NCBI GenBank assembly: GCA_002269645.1
Contig: NIVC01002156.1
Coordinates: forward strand, 62,001-126,000
From: Macrostomum lignano
Taxonomy: Eukaryota
Direction of reading: 5' to 3'
DNA: 64,000 nt
The notes under the pieces are model-generated. The model searched no databases. It was given only the letters and a program-made list of their open reading frames with translations, and had not been told where the DNA came from. The translations under genes and the position numbers were made by a program. Positions 21,409 through 31,079 of this stretch are shown here, piece after piece (within the stretch, counting starts at the first letter, position 1; each line of letters opens with the position of its first letter).

Positions 21409-23345
21409 GTACCTGCGGCAGGAAGTGGACAAGGAGTTGGATGACTTGCTGGAAGCTGGGAGAATCAGCGAGGTTCAGTCCCCATGGTGCTCTCCGGTGG
21501 TGTGCGTGAAAAAGAAGGACGGTTCCCTGAGGTTCTGTTGTGACTACCGGAAACTGAATGAAGTGACCAAGAAGGATGCAGTGCCGTTGCCCAGGACAGA
21601 TGACCTGTTGGAGAGCCTAGGCGGTGCCAAGATTTTTTCGACCATGGACATGCAGTCGGGATACTGGCAGATGGCGGTGGAACCCAGCGACAGACTGAAG
21701 ACGGCCTTTGGCGTTTCACACCGGGTACAGCAGTACGCCTGGAACGTTATGCCATTTGGATTGACAAATGCACCGGCTTCATTCAGCCGGCTAATGAATG
21801 TGGTGTTGGGGAAGTTGTGCTGGAAGACGTGTTTGGTGTATCTGGACGACCTGCTAGTGTGGTCACGAACGGTAGAAGAGCACCTGGAACGGTTGCAAAC
21901 GGTTTTTCGACGGTTGCGAGCAGCGAACATCAAACTGAAGCCGAAGAAGTGCGCATTCCTGCTGAAGTCAGTGACCTTCCTGGGACACGTAGTGTCAGCT
22001 GATGGGATCGCCACGAGTCCAGAAAAGATTGCCGAAATTCGTGACTGGCCAACTCCGAGGAATGTGAAGGAAGTAAGGTCATTCCTGGGACTGTGCGGGT
22101 ATTACCGGCAATTCATCGCAGATTTTTCCCGCATTGCTGAGCCGATGCTGCGACGGACCCGACATGATTGCCCGTGGAGCTGGGATGAGGAGTGTCAAGC
22201 CGCATTCGAGGCCCTGAAGGAAAGGTTGCAGGGATCTGAGGTCATGGCGTTTCCAAACTTTGCGGAGGACGCTGGAGAATTCGTTTTAGACACAGACGGT
22301 AGCACAAAAGAAGGAATTGGCGCTGTGCTTTCGCAGGTGCAGAAAGATGGGAGTGAGAAGGTAATAGCTTACGGAAGCAGGACGTTGTCGCGAGAAGAAC
22401 GGAATTACTGCACGACACGAGTCGAGTTGCTGGCCGTGGTGTTTTTCGTACAGAAGTTTCGTTATTACCTGATGGGGCGAGAGTTTCTAGTGCGCACCGA
22501 TCACAGCAGCTTGAAGTGGCTGCATTCGCTGCGGGACGTAGAAGGACAACTGGCCAGATGGCTGGAACTCTTGGCTCCGTACAGGTATCGCATCGAACAT
22601 CGTCCGGGAGTGAAACATCAACACGCGGACGCTCTCTCCAGGAAGCCACGTCGGCGCCATCAAGGAAGCGAGAGTTGTCCTGGATGTGCACAAGAGCAGA
22701 TCGGCGTGAACGCGTTGGGATTGCAGAAGTGGACCTCGGAGGAGATCAGAGAGAGCCAGAAGATGGACAGCGACATTCGTCAGGCGATGGAGCTGCTGGC
22801 TCACGGCGACGGAGAGATAACCGAAGAGCATTTGCGGCGCATATCACCGACGGCAAGGAGGATTGTCGAAAGACGTCGTGACCTTGAGGTGTCGGACAGT
22901 GAGGTGTTGCTGTGTCATACGGCCAGTAGACGTCAGCCGCAAGTGGTGTTGCCACGGAATATGCTGAGAGCGGTGCTGGAAGAAGCTCATGGTGGACGGA
23001 GTGGAGGGCACGTTGGGATTTTCAAGACCAAGGAGAAGGTGCGGCAATCGTTTTGGAGGCCGGGACTTGGCCGCGAGGTCGAAGAGCACGTAAAAGCCTG
23101 TTTGGACTGCACCAAGGCCAAAGCTGGCAAGAAACCAATTGCACCGATGGAGCCGATTCCGAGTTCAAGCCCATTCGATATCGTGATGACGGACGTCATC
23201 GGGCCGCTGCCACGGAGCAAGAAAGGAAACTTCTACATCCTCACGGTGCAAGATGCGTTCTCAAAGTGGCCTGACGCTTATGCCATCCGGAACCAGAAGG
23301 CGGCAACGATCGCAAGGGTGCTATTCGAACGCTGGATTGCAATCA
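21409..23345 (+). CDS. pol: Pol segment 2: reverse transcriptase, RNase H, integrase zinc finger and first part of the core (ORF 21425-23431)
   Basis: LRFCCDYRKLN, MPFGLTNAP, YLDD (21839-21850), VLDTDGS, ELLAVV, TDHSSL, HGGRSGGH...CLDC, DVIGPLP, DAFSKW. Confidence 0.95.
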
Positions 23346-24495
23346 CGGGTGCCCCCGGGTACTTCACTCAGACCAAGGAAGGAACTTTGAGTCGGGGATC
23401 ATCAGGAAGCTGTGCGAGCTGTTGGGTGTGAAGAAGACCAGGACGAGCGCCTACCACCCAAGTGGCAACGGACAGGTGGAACGATTTAATGGGTTCCTGA
23501 AGAACAGTTTGCGCTCGTATCTGGTACAGAAGGGTCAGAACGCCTGGGAGGAGTACCTGCCAAGTGCATTGATGGCTTATCGATCGACGGTCCAGGCGTC
23601 CACCGGTTACACGCCCTACTACATGCTGCATGGTCAGGAGATGCCGCTGGGATTCGAACCAGAGGACCTTAGGCGAAAGACGGACAGCTATCCCTTGTTT
23701 GTGCAAGAGATTCAGCAGAACCTGCTTCATGCCCATGAACACGTTCGAGAAGGGCGCGAGACGGTTCAGCGACGCCAGAAAATGAACTACGATCGGAAAG
23801 TGAAGGGCAAGGCGATTCAGAAGGGCGACTCTGTCTTGCTGTACTATCCGTGCTTGGAGATGGGAGAGAAAAGCAAATTCCATATCAACTGGCGCGGCCC
23901 AGTGAAGGTCCTGGAGAAGCTGTCAGATGCGTTGTATCGAGTGCAGGATCCGACACAGCCGCAGAAGACCAAGGTGGTGCACTTCAACAATCTCCGGCCG
24001 GTTCAGGTTCAGACGGAGGCGGCAGACGATCAAGAGACAGGAGAGGAAATTGGGAGGGCCAGTTTGGGAAAAACCAGGCCGCGACGTAGTAATTCCGCTG
24101 CTGGACGAAGCCGAAGGCAGAGAGTGCAACGGGGCGAGACCCAGAGGTGGACCGCAGCGCGAGGGCCGCAGGACCAGGAATCCGAGCAGGAAGATGAAGA
24201 GTTTGAAGATCTTCAGCTGCGGTTTCAAGATCCAAGAGATCACGCTCCGCCGGACACCCGAAATCTGGCCGAGGACCGTGAGCCCGGACCTGAGCGTCCA
24301 GAAGCAGACGATGACGAAGAAGAGCACTTTGATGAGGCGCGGTACGACGAGGAGCAAAACGAAGAGGATGAGGCAGAGCCGAACGACGCCAACGTACCCG
24401 AGCAAGAAGTGAGGACGGCACAGGAGGAAGCAGGGCGACCAAGACGTCTGCGGCGACCGCCGGATCGGTTTGGGGTCCCGGTGTACTACTACTGA
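23346..24495 (+). CDS. pol: Pol segment 3: rest of integrase core, GPY/F region and acidic tail (ORF 23422-24495)
   Basis: After a 1-nt shift near 23338-23357: VLHSDQGRNFES...TSAYHPSGNGQVERFN, WRGP, VVHFNNLRP, terminal RRPPDRF; stop at 24493-24495. No chromodomain fused. Confidence 0.92.
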
Positions 24496-24593
24496 AGAAG
24501 GGTCCGGTGTACGGCGCTTGGATAGCCAAGGGGAAGGGAGGTACATGTCGTGCGTGTCTCATTGCTCATCGGAGTTAGGCCGGACTGTTACAG

Positions 24594-25580
24594 ATGGCGG
24601 ACCTCTACGAGTGTCTTGGAGTGCAGCTGTGGGCGTCTGCGGCACAGATTCGGAAAGCGTTCTACGGTCGAGCACGCGAACTGCACCCTGACAAGAGCGC
24701 AACAGAGGAGACGCGGAAGAGATTCCAGGAGTGCGAAGAGGCGTACCGAATACTGTCGTGTCCGTTCCTTAGAAAGCTGTACGATATCTTTGGAAATGCT
24801 GTTCGTGACCGGGATGAGATGCTTCGGCTCGCAGAAGGGATGTTAGAGGATGAAGACATGCCCGACGATCTCCGAGAAGAGATAGAAAGACTACAAGAGA
24901 GCGACCGATTAGCTGAGGAGGCGTACGAGAGAGAACAGGCGAGGAGGGATGAGGAGCACGTCAAGATGGAGGCAAGTGAGGAGGCCTCAGACGATGAGCA
25001 GGACGAAGAGATGAACGAGGCGAGTGAGACACTGCCGGAGGAGTACGAGGTCGAGAAGGTCTTAGGAGTACGAGTCACGGAGCGAGGAGCGGAGTATCTG
25101 CTGCAGTGGGCCGGTGTAGAGGAGCTTGAGACGTCATGGGAAGCGGAGGAAGATTGTGCCGGATGTAGAAACCTGATTGAAGAATATCTGCAGAGAGCGT
25201 ACCGGCTTCAGACAAGACCGTGCCGACCAGTGACCGTCGCGGAACTGGAGAACGTAGGACCCAGTCGGAAGAAACTGCACCAGGCAATGCGGAAGGGCGA
25301 CCCGTGGGGCATCTTTGAGGTGCTGCTAGCCCTGAAGGGGAAGTGCGCCACTGCCTCGGTGGATTTCAAGGAATTCGGTCCGGAGTTGATGCTGCAGATC
25401 CTGGGCTACTTGGAGCGAGACGGTCGCAAGTATCCGGGGCACGGAGTTCGTCGGTGGAGTCGCCAAGCGTGTCAAGCTGTCTACATGTCGGTGATGGTGA
25501 TGTTCCCGCTGTTTGACCTGCGACGCCAGGGCTTGGTCCTGGGTGCCCTCCGTAGGCTGTGGGATTCGTGCTCTGACTGA
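24594..25580 (+). CDS. Accessory ORF3 (328 aa): DnaJ J-domain + acidic/coiled linker + chromodomain + unknown C-terminal domain
   Basis: J-domain DLYECLGV...IRKAFYGRARELHPDK...RFQECEEAYRILS...RKLYD (HPD at 24684-24692). Chromodomain EEYEVEKVL...EYLLQWAG...TSWEAEEDC..CRNLIEEY (25038-25196). Intact intron-less ORF inside the LTRs. Confidence 0.9.
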   Translation: MADLYECLGVQLWASAAQIRKAFYGRARELHPDKSATEETRKRFQECEEAYRILSCPFLRKLYDIFGNAVRDRDEMLRLAEGMLEDEDMPDDLREEIERLQESDRLAEEAYEREQARRDEEHVKMEASEEASDDEQDEEMNEASETLPEEYEVEKVLGVRVTERGAEYLLQWAGVEELETSWEAEEDCAGCRNLIEEYLQRAYRLQTRPCRPVTVAELENVGPSRKKLHQAMRKGDPWGIFEVLLALKGKCATASVDFKEFGPELMLQILGYLERDGRKYPGHGVRRWSRQACQAVYMSVMVMFPLFDLRRQGLVLGALRRLWDSCSD

Positions 25581-25984
25581 GGCTATGTCTTCCTAGGGAC
25601 TTTGGGGCTAGGGACTTTGCAGTGCAGACCCAGGGACAGCGGAGCGGAGGTGGACCGGCCTTAACGGGTGCTGACGGAGCGACACGGCTGTGCAGCAACC
25701 GCAGGACTCGACGACCAGCGCAGAGCGACCAGAGCAACCGGCGACAGTAGCGACAGGGAGACGAGGCACCAGAGCGACGGCCGTACTCGGCGGGATGCAG
25801 GGAAGCAGTGCTAGTATTACTTGTGAGGGTAAATGTTTGACGGTTTCATTTTTTTGTTTTTTGTTCGAACTAGTTGCCATGCGAGTCCAAAATATTTTTC
25901 AAATGCGGTTTGTTCCTCTGTTCAATTTTTTTGTTATAGTAGCATCATTTCAATATTCGACTTTTCGAACTCGAACTTTTGTCT

Positions 25985-25996
25985 AGGGGGAGGGAG
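25985..25996 (+). promoter_or_regulatory. Polypurine tract AGGGGGAGGGAG
   Basis: Directly abuts the TG start of the 3' LTR. Confidence 0.92.
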
Positions 25997-26820
25997 TGTC
26001 ATGAATGTGTTATGACAATGTGCTCTTTGCTTAGTTGCTGCACCGGGCCAGTGGGCCGTCCTCTCCCCCTCCCCCCTCCTTAGATATTTTCTGACTCACT
26101 CACCTGCACTTCTGCGCGTGCGTACCCCTCCCCTCCCTGCCTAGACCTTTTCTGTTGAGTCAACCCCCCATGCTCTGCGTGCGACCCCCCCCTGTGCGAC
26201 CCCGCCCCATTATTTTGTTAGCTTTGCTGCCCCGCCCCTGTTTGTGATTGGCTGCCAGTCCCAGTCTGCCGTGCTGCGCCCCGGCGATTGGCTGGTACAG
26301 CTCATGCGTTGCCTTGGCTGATGTCTAAGCCCCCTTTTCTGCCTTTATCCCGCGCCCTCGACCCCCAGTTTGCTGCCTATTTATTCGGCCCCTTGAGACC
26401 CCATTCTCGTCGTCTTCGTGGCTCCTCGGCGATTGTGCCAGCGTTGGTTGCTGAATTGCTATTCCTCGCAGAATTGCTAGACAAATATACAAGTAAAGAA
26501 TATCGAGATCACCACTGCTCTGACGGCGCTGGTTCTTGTACGACTGAAATCGCGGCTGGTAAGCCTTCCAATTCGTACGTCATTTGGGTCTGCATCTGTA
26601 CTAGGCACCTTAGAGGGATTAAGTGCGTCGTACGCCGGTCCCACCCCAAGCAGCTCTGCGTCGTACGCGAGTCTGTAGGCTGTCGTGCGTCGTACGCTCG
26701 AGCAGCCTAGTCCCGACGGACACCGCGTCGTACGCGTGTCAGTGGAGGACCGCAGCCAGGGTCAGTACACGAACCCGGGTCTGGGAAAGGGGCACGAAAG
26801 GACCGAGCCCCATCATCACA
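25997..26820 (+). repeat. 3' LTR (824 bp)
   Basis: Direct repeat of 18366-19191. Confidence 0.97.
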
Positions 26821-27713
26821 TTATTATCTATGGCCTGCTAGCCCAACCCCCATTCTTATTATCTATGGCTTGCTACCCCAACCCCCATTCTTATTATCTA
26901 TGGCCTGCTACCCCACTCCCCATTCTTATTATCTATGGCCTGCTACCCCACTCCCCATTCTTATTATCTATGGCCTGCTATCCCACCCCCATTCTTATTA
27001 TCTATGGCCTGCTACCCCACTCCCCATTCTTATTATCCATGGCCTGCTACCCCACTCCCCATTCTTATTATCTATGGCCTGCTACCCCACTCCCCATTCT
27101 TATTATCTATGGCCTGCTACCCCACTCCCCATTCTTATTATCTATGGCTTGCTACCCCAACCCCCATTCTTATTATCTATGGCCTGCTACCCCACTCCCC
27201 ATTCTTATTATCTATGGCCTGCTACCCCACCCCCATTCTTATTATCTATGGCCTGCTACCCCACTCCCCATTCTTATTATCTATGGCCTGCTACCCCACT
27301 CCCCATTCTTATTATCTATGGCCTGCTACTCCACTCACTATTCTAATTATCCATGGCCTGCTACCCCACCCCATTCTTATTATCTATGGCCTGCTACCCC
27401 AACCCCCCAATCTTATTATCTATGGCCTGCTACCCCACTCCCCATTCTTATTATCTATGGCCTGCTACCCCACTCCCCATTCTTATTATCTATGGCCTGC
27501 TACCCCACCCCCATTCTTATTATCTATGGCCTGCTACTCCACCCCCATTCTTATTATTTATGGCCTGCTACTCCACTCCCCATTCTTATTATCTATGGCC
27601 TGCTACCCCAACCCCCATTCTTATTATCTATGGCCTGCTACCCCACTCCCCATTCTTATTATCTATGGCCTGCTACCCCACTCCCCATTCTTATTATCTA
27701 TGGCCTGCTACCC
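26821..27713. repeat. 35-bp minisatellite, right part, ~25 copies
   Basis: Same unit as 16095-18365; resumes in register after the TTAT duplication. Confidence 0.97.
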
Positions 27714-27770
27714 TTGCCAAAATGGTGCTATTTCTAGGAAAAGCAACAAAAACCGTTTTTCGTATTGCAG

Positions 27771-27823
27771 CTCAGGAGCACATGCAGCTGGTCAAGAAGG
27801 AGAACCAGGAGACTGAAGTCTGA
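27771..27823 (+). CDS. DGKZ: DGK terminal coding exon with class I PDZ-binding motif
   Basis: TATTGCAG|CT CAG GAG...GTC TGA gives (T)QEHMQLVKKENQETEV*, equivalent to the DGKZ end RQHYQMIQREDQETAV*. Phase 1 matches the donor at 16020. Confidence 0.92.
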
Positions 27824-28166
27824 TTTGCTAGTACATTTAATCGTTGTTGATTAATCGGCTTTTTTCTACCTATTTGAGTCCTTCGTGTCCTTGACGTCAT
27901 AGCCCTGACACTCTGGTATTACTGGCCGATACAAAAATCAAATCTTTTGAGATTTTCGGCTCAATAATATTCTAGGATATCATATAATTTTTTTCATTTT
28001 TATTCGAGCATTATTGTTTTATTTAGCATTGCACTATTTGCTGTGTTTGAGTTGCTTCCTCGGTTTCGGGAAATTCTTATTACTCTCAGATAGAACCATA
28101 TTTTATAGAGGTGAAGCTAAAATTCTGAGAGTAACTCTTACAATTGCTAATTAGACGTACAATTTG

Positions 28167-28930
28167 CCGTTGCTAAGCGGAATTCCCCGTTGCTAAGTGG
28201 AATTCCCCGTTGCTAAGCAGAACTCCACGTTGCTAAGTGGAATTCCCCGTTGCTAAGTGGAATTCCCCGTTGCTAAGCAGAACTCCCCGTTGCTAAGTGG
28301 AATTCGCCCTGTTGCTAAGTGAAATTCCCCGTTGCTAAGCAGAACTCCCTGTTGCTAAGACAAACTCGCCGTTACTAAGTAGACTTCTCCGTTACTAAGC
28401 CAAACCCTCATTGCCGAGCAGAACCGCCGTTACTAAGCCGAACTCCTCGTTGCTAAGCCAGACTACCGTTGCTAAGCCAAACTCCCGTTGCTAAGTAGAA
28501 TTATCCCTTGCTAAGCCGAACCCCCGTTACTAAGCTGAACTCCCCGTTACTAAGCCGAACCTTCCGTTGCTAAGCAGAACCCCCGTTGCTGAGCAGGACC
28601 CCCGTTGCTAGGTGGAACTCTCAGTTGCTAAGCAGAACCCCCGTTGCTAAGCCAAACTACCGTTGCTAAGCCAAACTCTCCGTTGCTAAATAGAATTCTC
28701 CGTTGCTAAATAGAATTCTCCGTTGCTAAGTAGAATTCTCCGTTGCTAAGTAGACTTCTCCGTTACTAAGCCGAACTCCCCGTTGCTAAGCCGAACTCCC
28801 CGTTGCTAAGCCAAACTCCCCGTTGCTAAGCCAAACTCCCCGTTGCTAAGCAGAAATTTTTATTGATTAACTAGTAGTCGTTGTTGCTAAGTGAAAATCC
28901 CGTTGCTAAACGAAGCTCCCAGTTGCGAAG
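28167..28930. repeat. Degenerate ~20-21-bp minisatellite with core CCGTT(G/A)CTAAG, ~37 copies
   Basis: Direct inspection. Confidence 0.9.
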
Positions 28931-29441
28931 CGCACTGGACTGATTGAAGGCCAGTTGTCATATCTGCTTGTTCCATTTCCTACATTTTTCTTTGACTTTT
29001 GCCAGATTCTGATTGTATTGTTACTAAATCTTTATCTGTAAATTATTTCGTGTGTTTTTTAGCTTTGTTGTCAGCTGTTTCTCAGTCGTTTTCTGAACTA
29101 GCTACTTAGCTTAGTAACCATGGACGAAAATTGTCGTAGTGAAGTGAAAATAATTATTTTGCTTTTATTTTAACAATACTTTGCTTGTATTATTATGTTT
29201 TTAAAAGAAATCATTGCGCGTGTAAGACTAGTTTCGTGTGCCACCCAATCACTGCAACTTTTTTAATGCACTGGTTTTAATGGATTTGCAGTTCTCAGCA
29301 GGATAAGGTATACTTATAGTTGTGAAAAAGCGTTTACATGTATCATGTTTCTTACCGCGCGGTTTTGCATTTATATTCTTTAACTACTGGACTTTATCAG
29401 GTCATACTTCTCTGAAAGTTCACGGCGAGCTCGAGCCCTTG

Positions 29442-30258
29442 CAGTAGTCAGGGGTCGCTTGCTATCGTTCTAGAAGTTTAGGGGTCGCTTGACCTCCCCC
29501 TCAGTAGTTCAGGGGTCGCTTGACCTCCCACTCAGTAGTTCAGGGGTCGCTTGACCTCCCCTTAGTAGTTCAGGGGTCGCTTGACCTCCCACTCAGTAGT
29601 TCAGGGGTCGCTTGACCTCCCCCTTAGTAGTTCAGGGGTCGCTTGACCTCCCACTCAGTAGTTCAGGGGTCGCTTGACCTCCCACTCAGTAGTTCAGGGG
29701 TCGCTTGACCTCCCACTCAGTAGTTCAAGGGTCGCTTGACCTCCCACTCAGTAGTTCAGGGGTCGCTTGACCTCCCCCTCAGTAGTTCAAGGGTCGCTTG
29801 ACCTCCCACTCAGTAGTTCAAGGGTCGCTTGACCTCCCCCTTAGTCCTTAGTAGTTCAGGGGTCGCTTGACCTCCCCCTTAGTAGTTCAAGGGTCGCTTG
29901 ACCTCCCACTCAGTAGTTCAGGGTCGCTTGACCTCCCACTCAGTAGTTCAGGGGTCGCTTGACCTCCCCCTCAGTAGTTCAAGGGTCGCTTGACCTCCCC
30001 CTCAGTAGTTCAAGGGTCGCTTGACCTCCCCCTTAGTCCTTAGTAGTTCAGGGGTCGCTTGACCTCCCACTCAGTAGTTCAGGGGTCGCTTGACCTCCCA
30101 CTCAGTAGTTCAAGGGTCGCTTGACCTCCTCCTTAGTCCTTAGTAGTTCAGGGGTCGCTTGACCTCCCCCTTAGTAGTTCAGGGGTCGCTTGTCCCCCTC
30201 TTAGTAGTTCAGGGGTCACAACCTCCCCAATAGTACAAGGGTCACTTGACCTCTCCCC
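29442..30258. repeat. 31-bp minisatellite TCAGTAGTTCA(G/A)GGGTCGCTTGACCTCCC(A/C)C, ~26 copies
   Basis: Direct inspection; some units carry a TTAGTCC micro-insertion. Confidence 0.95.
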
Positions 30259-31079
30259 CTTCCGAGTAAATTTGAATTATTGTGTGTAACTTTACAGGGT
30301 CAATAATCTAATATGTGCACTTTTATCGTTAGTGCACTGGCTCCTCTAGAATTTAAAAGTGCATTATTAGTCTGCACAGATAGTTTAGTAGGGTACCTAT
30401 TCCGCGTGTGTTAGCATTATTTAGAATTTTTATTGTGTGCAAATCACTAAATATTATTCCGTGCCATTGTAATGCAAATTGTAAGAGAATTATTTCTAAT
30501 CATGGCAATATTGTCAGACGTTTTTAAAAACCTAAATATTGACATTAATTTGTATTCACTTTGCCCAGTTCCAATTTCTCTTGGCAATTAATTTTTTGTA
30601 TTTGAAAGGGTTTCTATAAATATTTTACTGCGATAATTCTATTTATATCCGATATAAATTTATTGCAATCTTATTCATTTTTAACTCGTGTCTCACACAA
30701 CTGAGAGAGCAAATATTATTTTGTTATTTTTAATAACATTAAAAATATTTAATTGCGATTTTTAAACGGATTTTTATTAATAATAATAATAACTCTATAC
30801 TACTACTTCAGTGTGTCCGTATATTTTGCGAATATATATGCTTATATGGTTAATCAGCTGTCTGTAAAAGCGCTGACTGACCTGAGTTGACAGCTGTTGT
30901 GTTGCGCGTCTGGTCGCTTATTTTGAGAAACGAATTTAAACAAAATGTTTTCCTTGTCTCTCTTCATTTTTGTGAGGTTTTTCAGCTTGCAAACTGAATA
31001 TTAGCGGGGTTGTTTTACGATTTGGAAATGTCAAGCCTCTGAAAGTCACCTCTTCATGGCACAGTTTCTGGTGCGGGCG

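Larger units (their letters stand above)
18366..26820 (+). mobile_element. Full-length Ty3/gypsy (Metaviridae) LTR retrotransposon, 8,455 bp, with an accessory J-domain/chromodomain ORF
   Basis: TG...CA LTRs; 4-bp TSD TTAT (18362-18365, 26821-26824); PBS; gag with CCHC knuckles; PR-RT-RNaseH-IN order (gypsy type); PPT. Confidence 0.97.
466..27823 (+). other. DGKZ: Type IV diacylglycerol kinase gene (DGK zeta/iota, rdgA-like), 3' portion, 15 exons; 5' exons (C1 domains) lie upstream of the window
   Basis: Exons translate colinearly to the DGKZ/DGKI architecture: [52 protein letters not shown], ankyrin repeats and C-terminal ETEV*. All GT-AG junctions are phase-compatible. The symbol names the family; an invertebrate gene would be co-orthologous to DGKZ and DGKI. 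Confidence 0.95.

Noticed and set aside
24594-25580. ORF3 as an envelope gene
   Set aside because: No signal peptide, furin site or full transmembrane helix (the longest hydrophobic run, VYMSVMVMFPLF, is too short); the domains are cytosolic/nuclear.
24594-25580. LxCxE Rb-binding motif, as in polyomavirus T antigen after the J-domain
   Set aside because: No LxCxE found; the T-antigen comparison is only functional analogy.
23422-25580. Classical chromovirus with integrase-fused chromodomain, or stop read-through into ORF3
   Set aside because: The integrase ORF ends at 24495; ORF3 starts 98 nt later in another frame and has a J-domain before the chromodomain.
25591-25620. Duplicated CTAGGGACTTTG after ORF3 as NF-kB-like sites
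   Set aside because: Mismatches the kB consensus (GGGACTTTCC) at the 3' end; a short local duplication is sufficient explanation.
19078-25880. Antisense and alternate-frame ORFs across the retrotransposon, and LTR ORFs 18740-19081 and 26288-26710
   Set aside because: Shadow ORFs expected from GC-rich coding sequence; no recognisable motifs.
28167-28930. GTTGCTAAG core as an array of RFX half-sites
   Set aside because: Only a partial match to the X-box, with no second half-site; likely coincidental.
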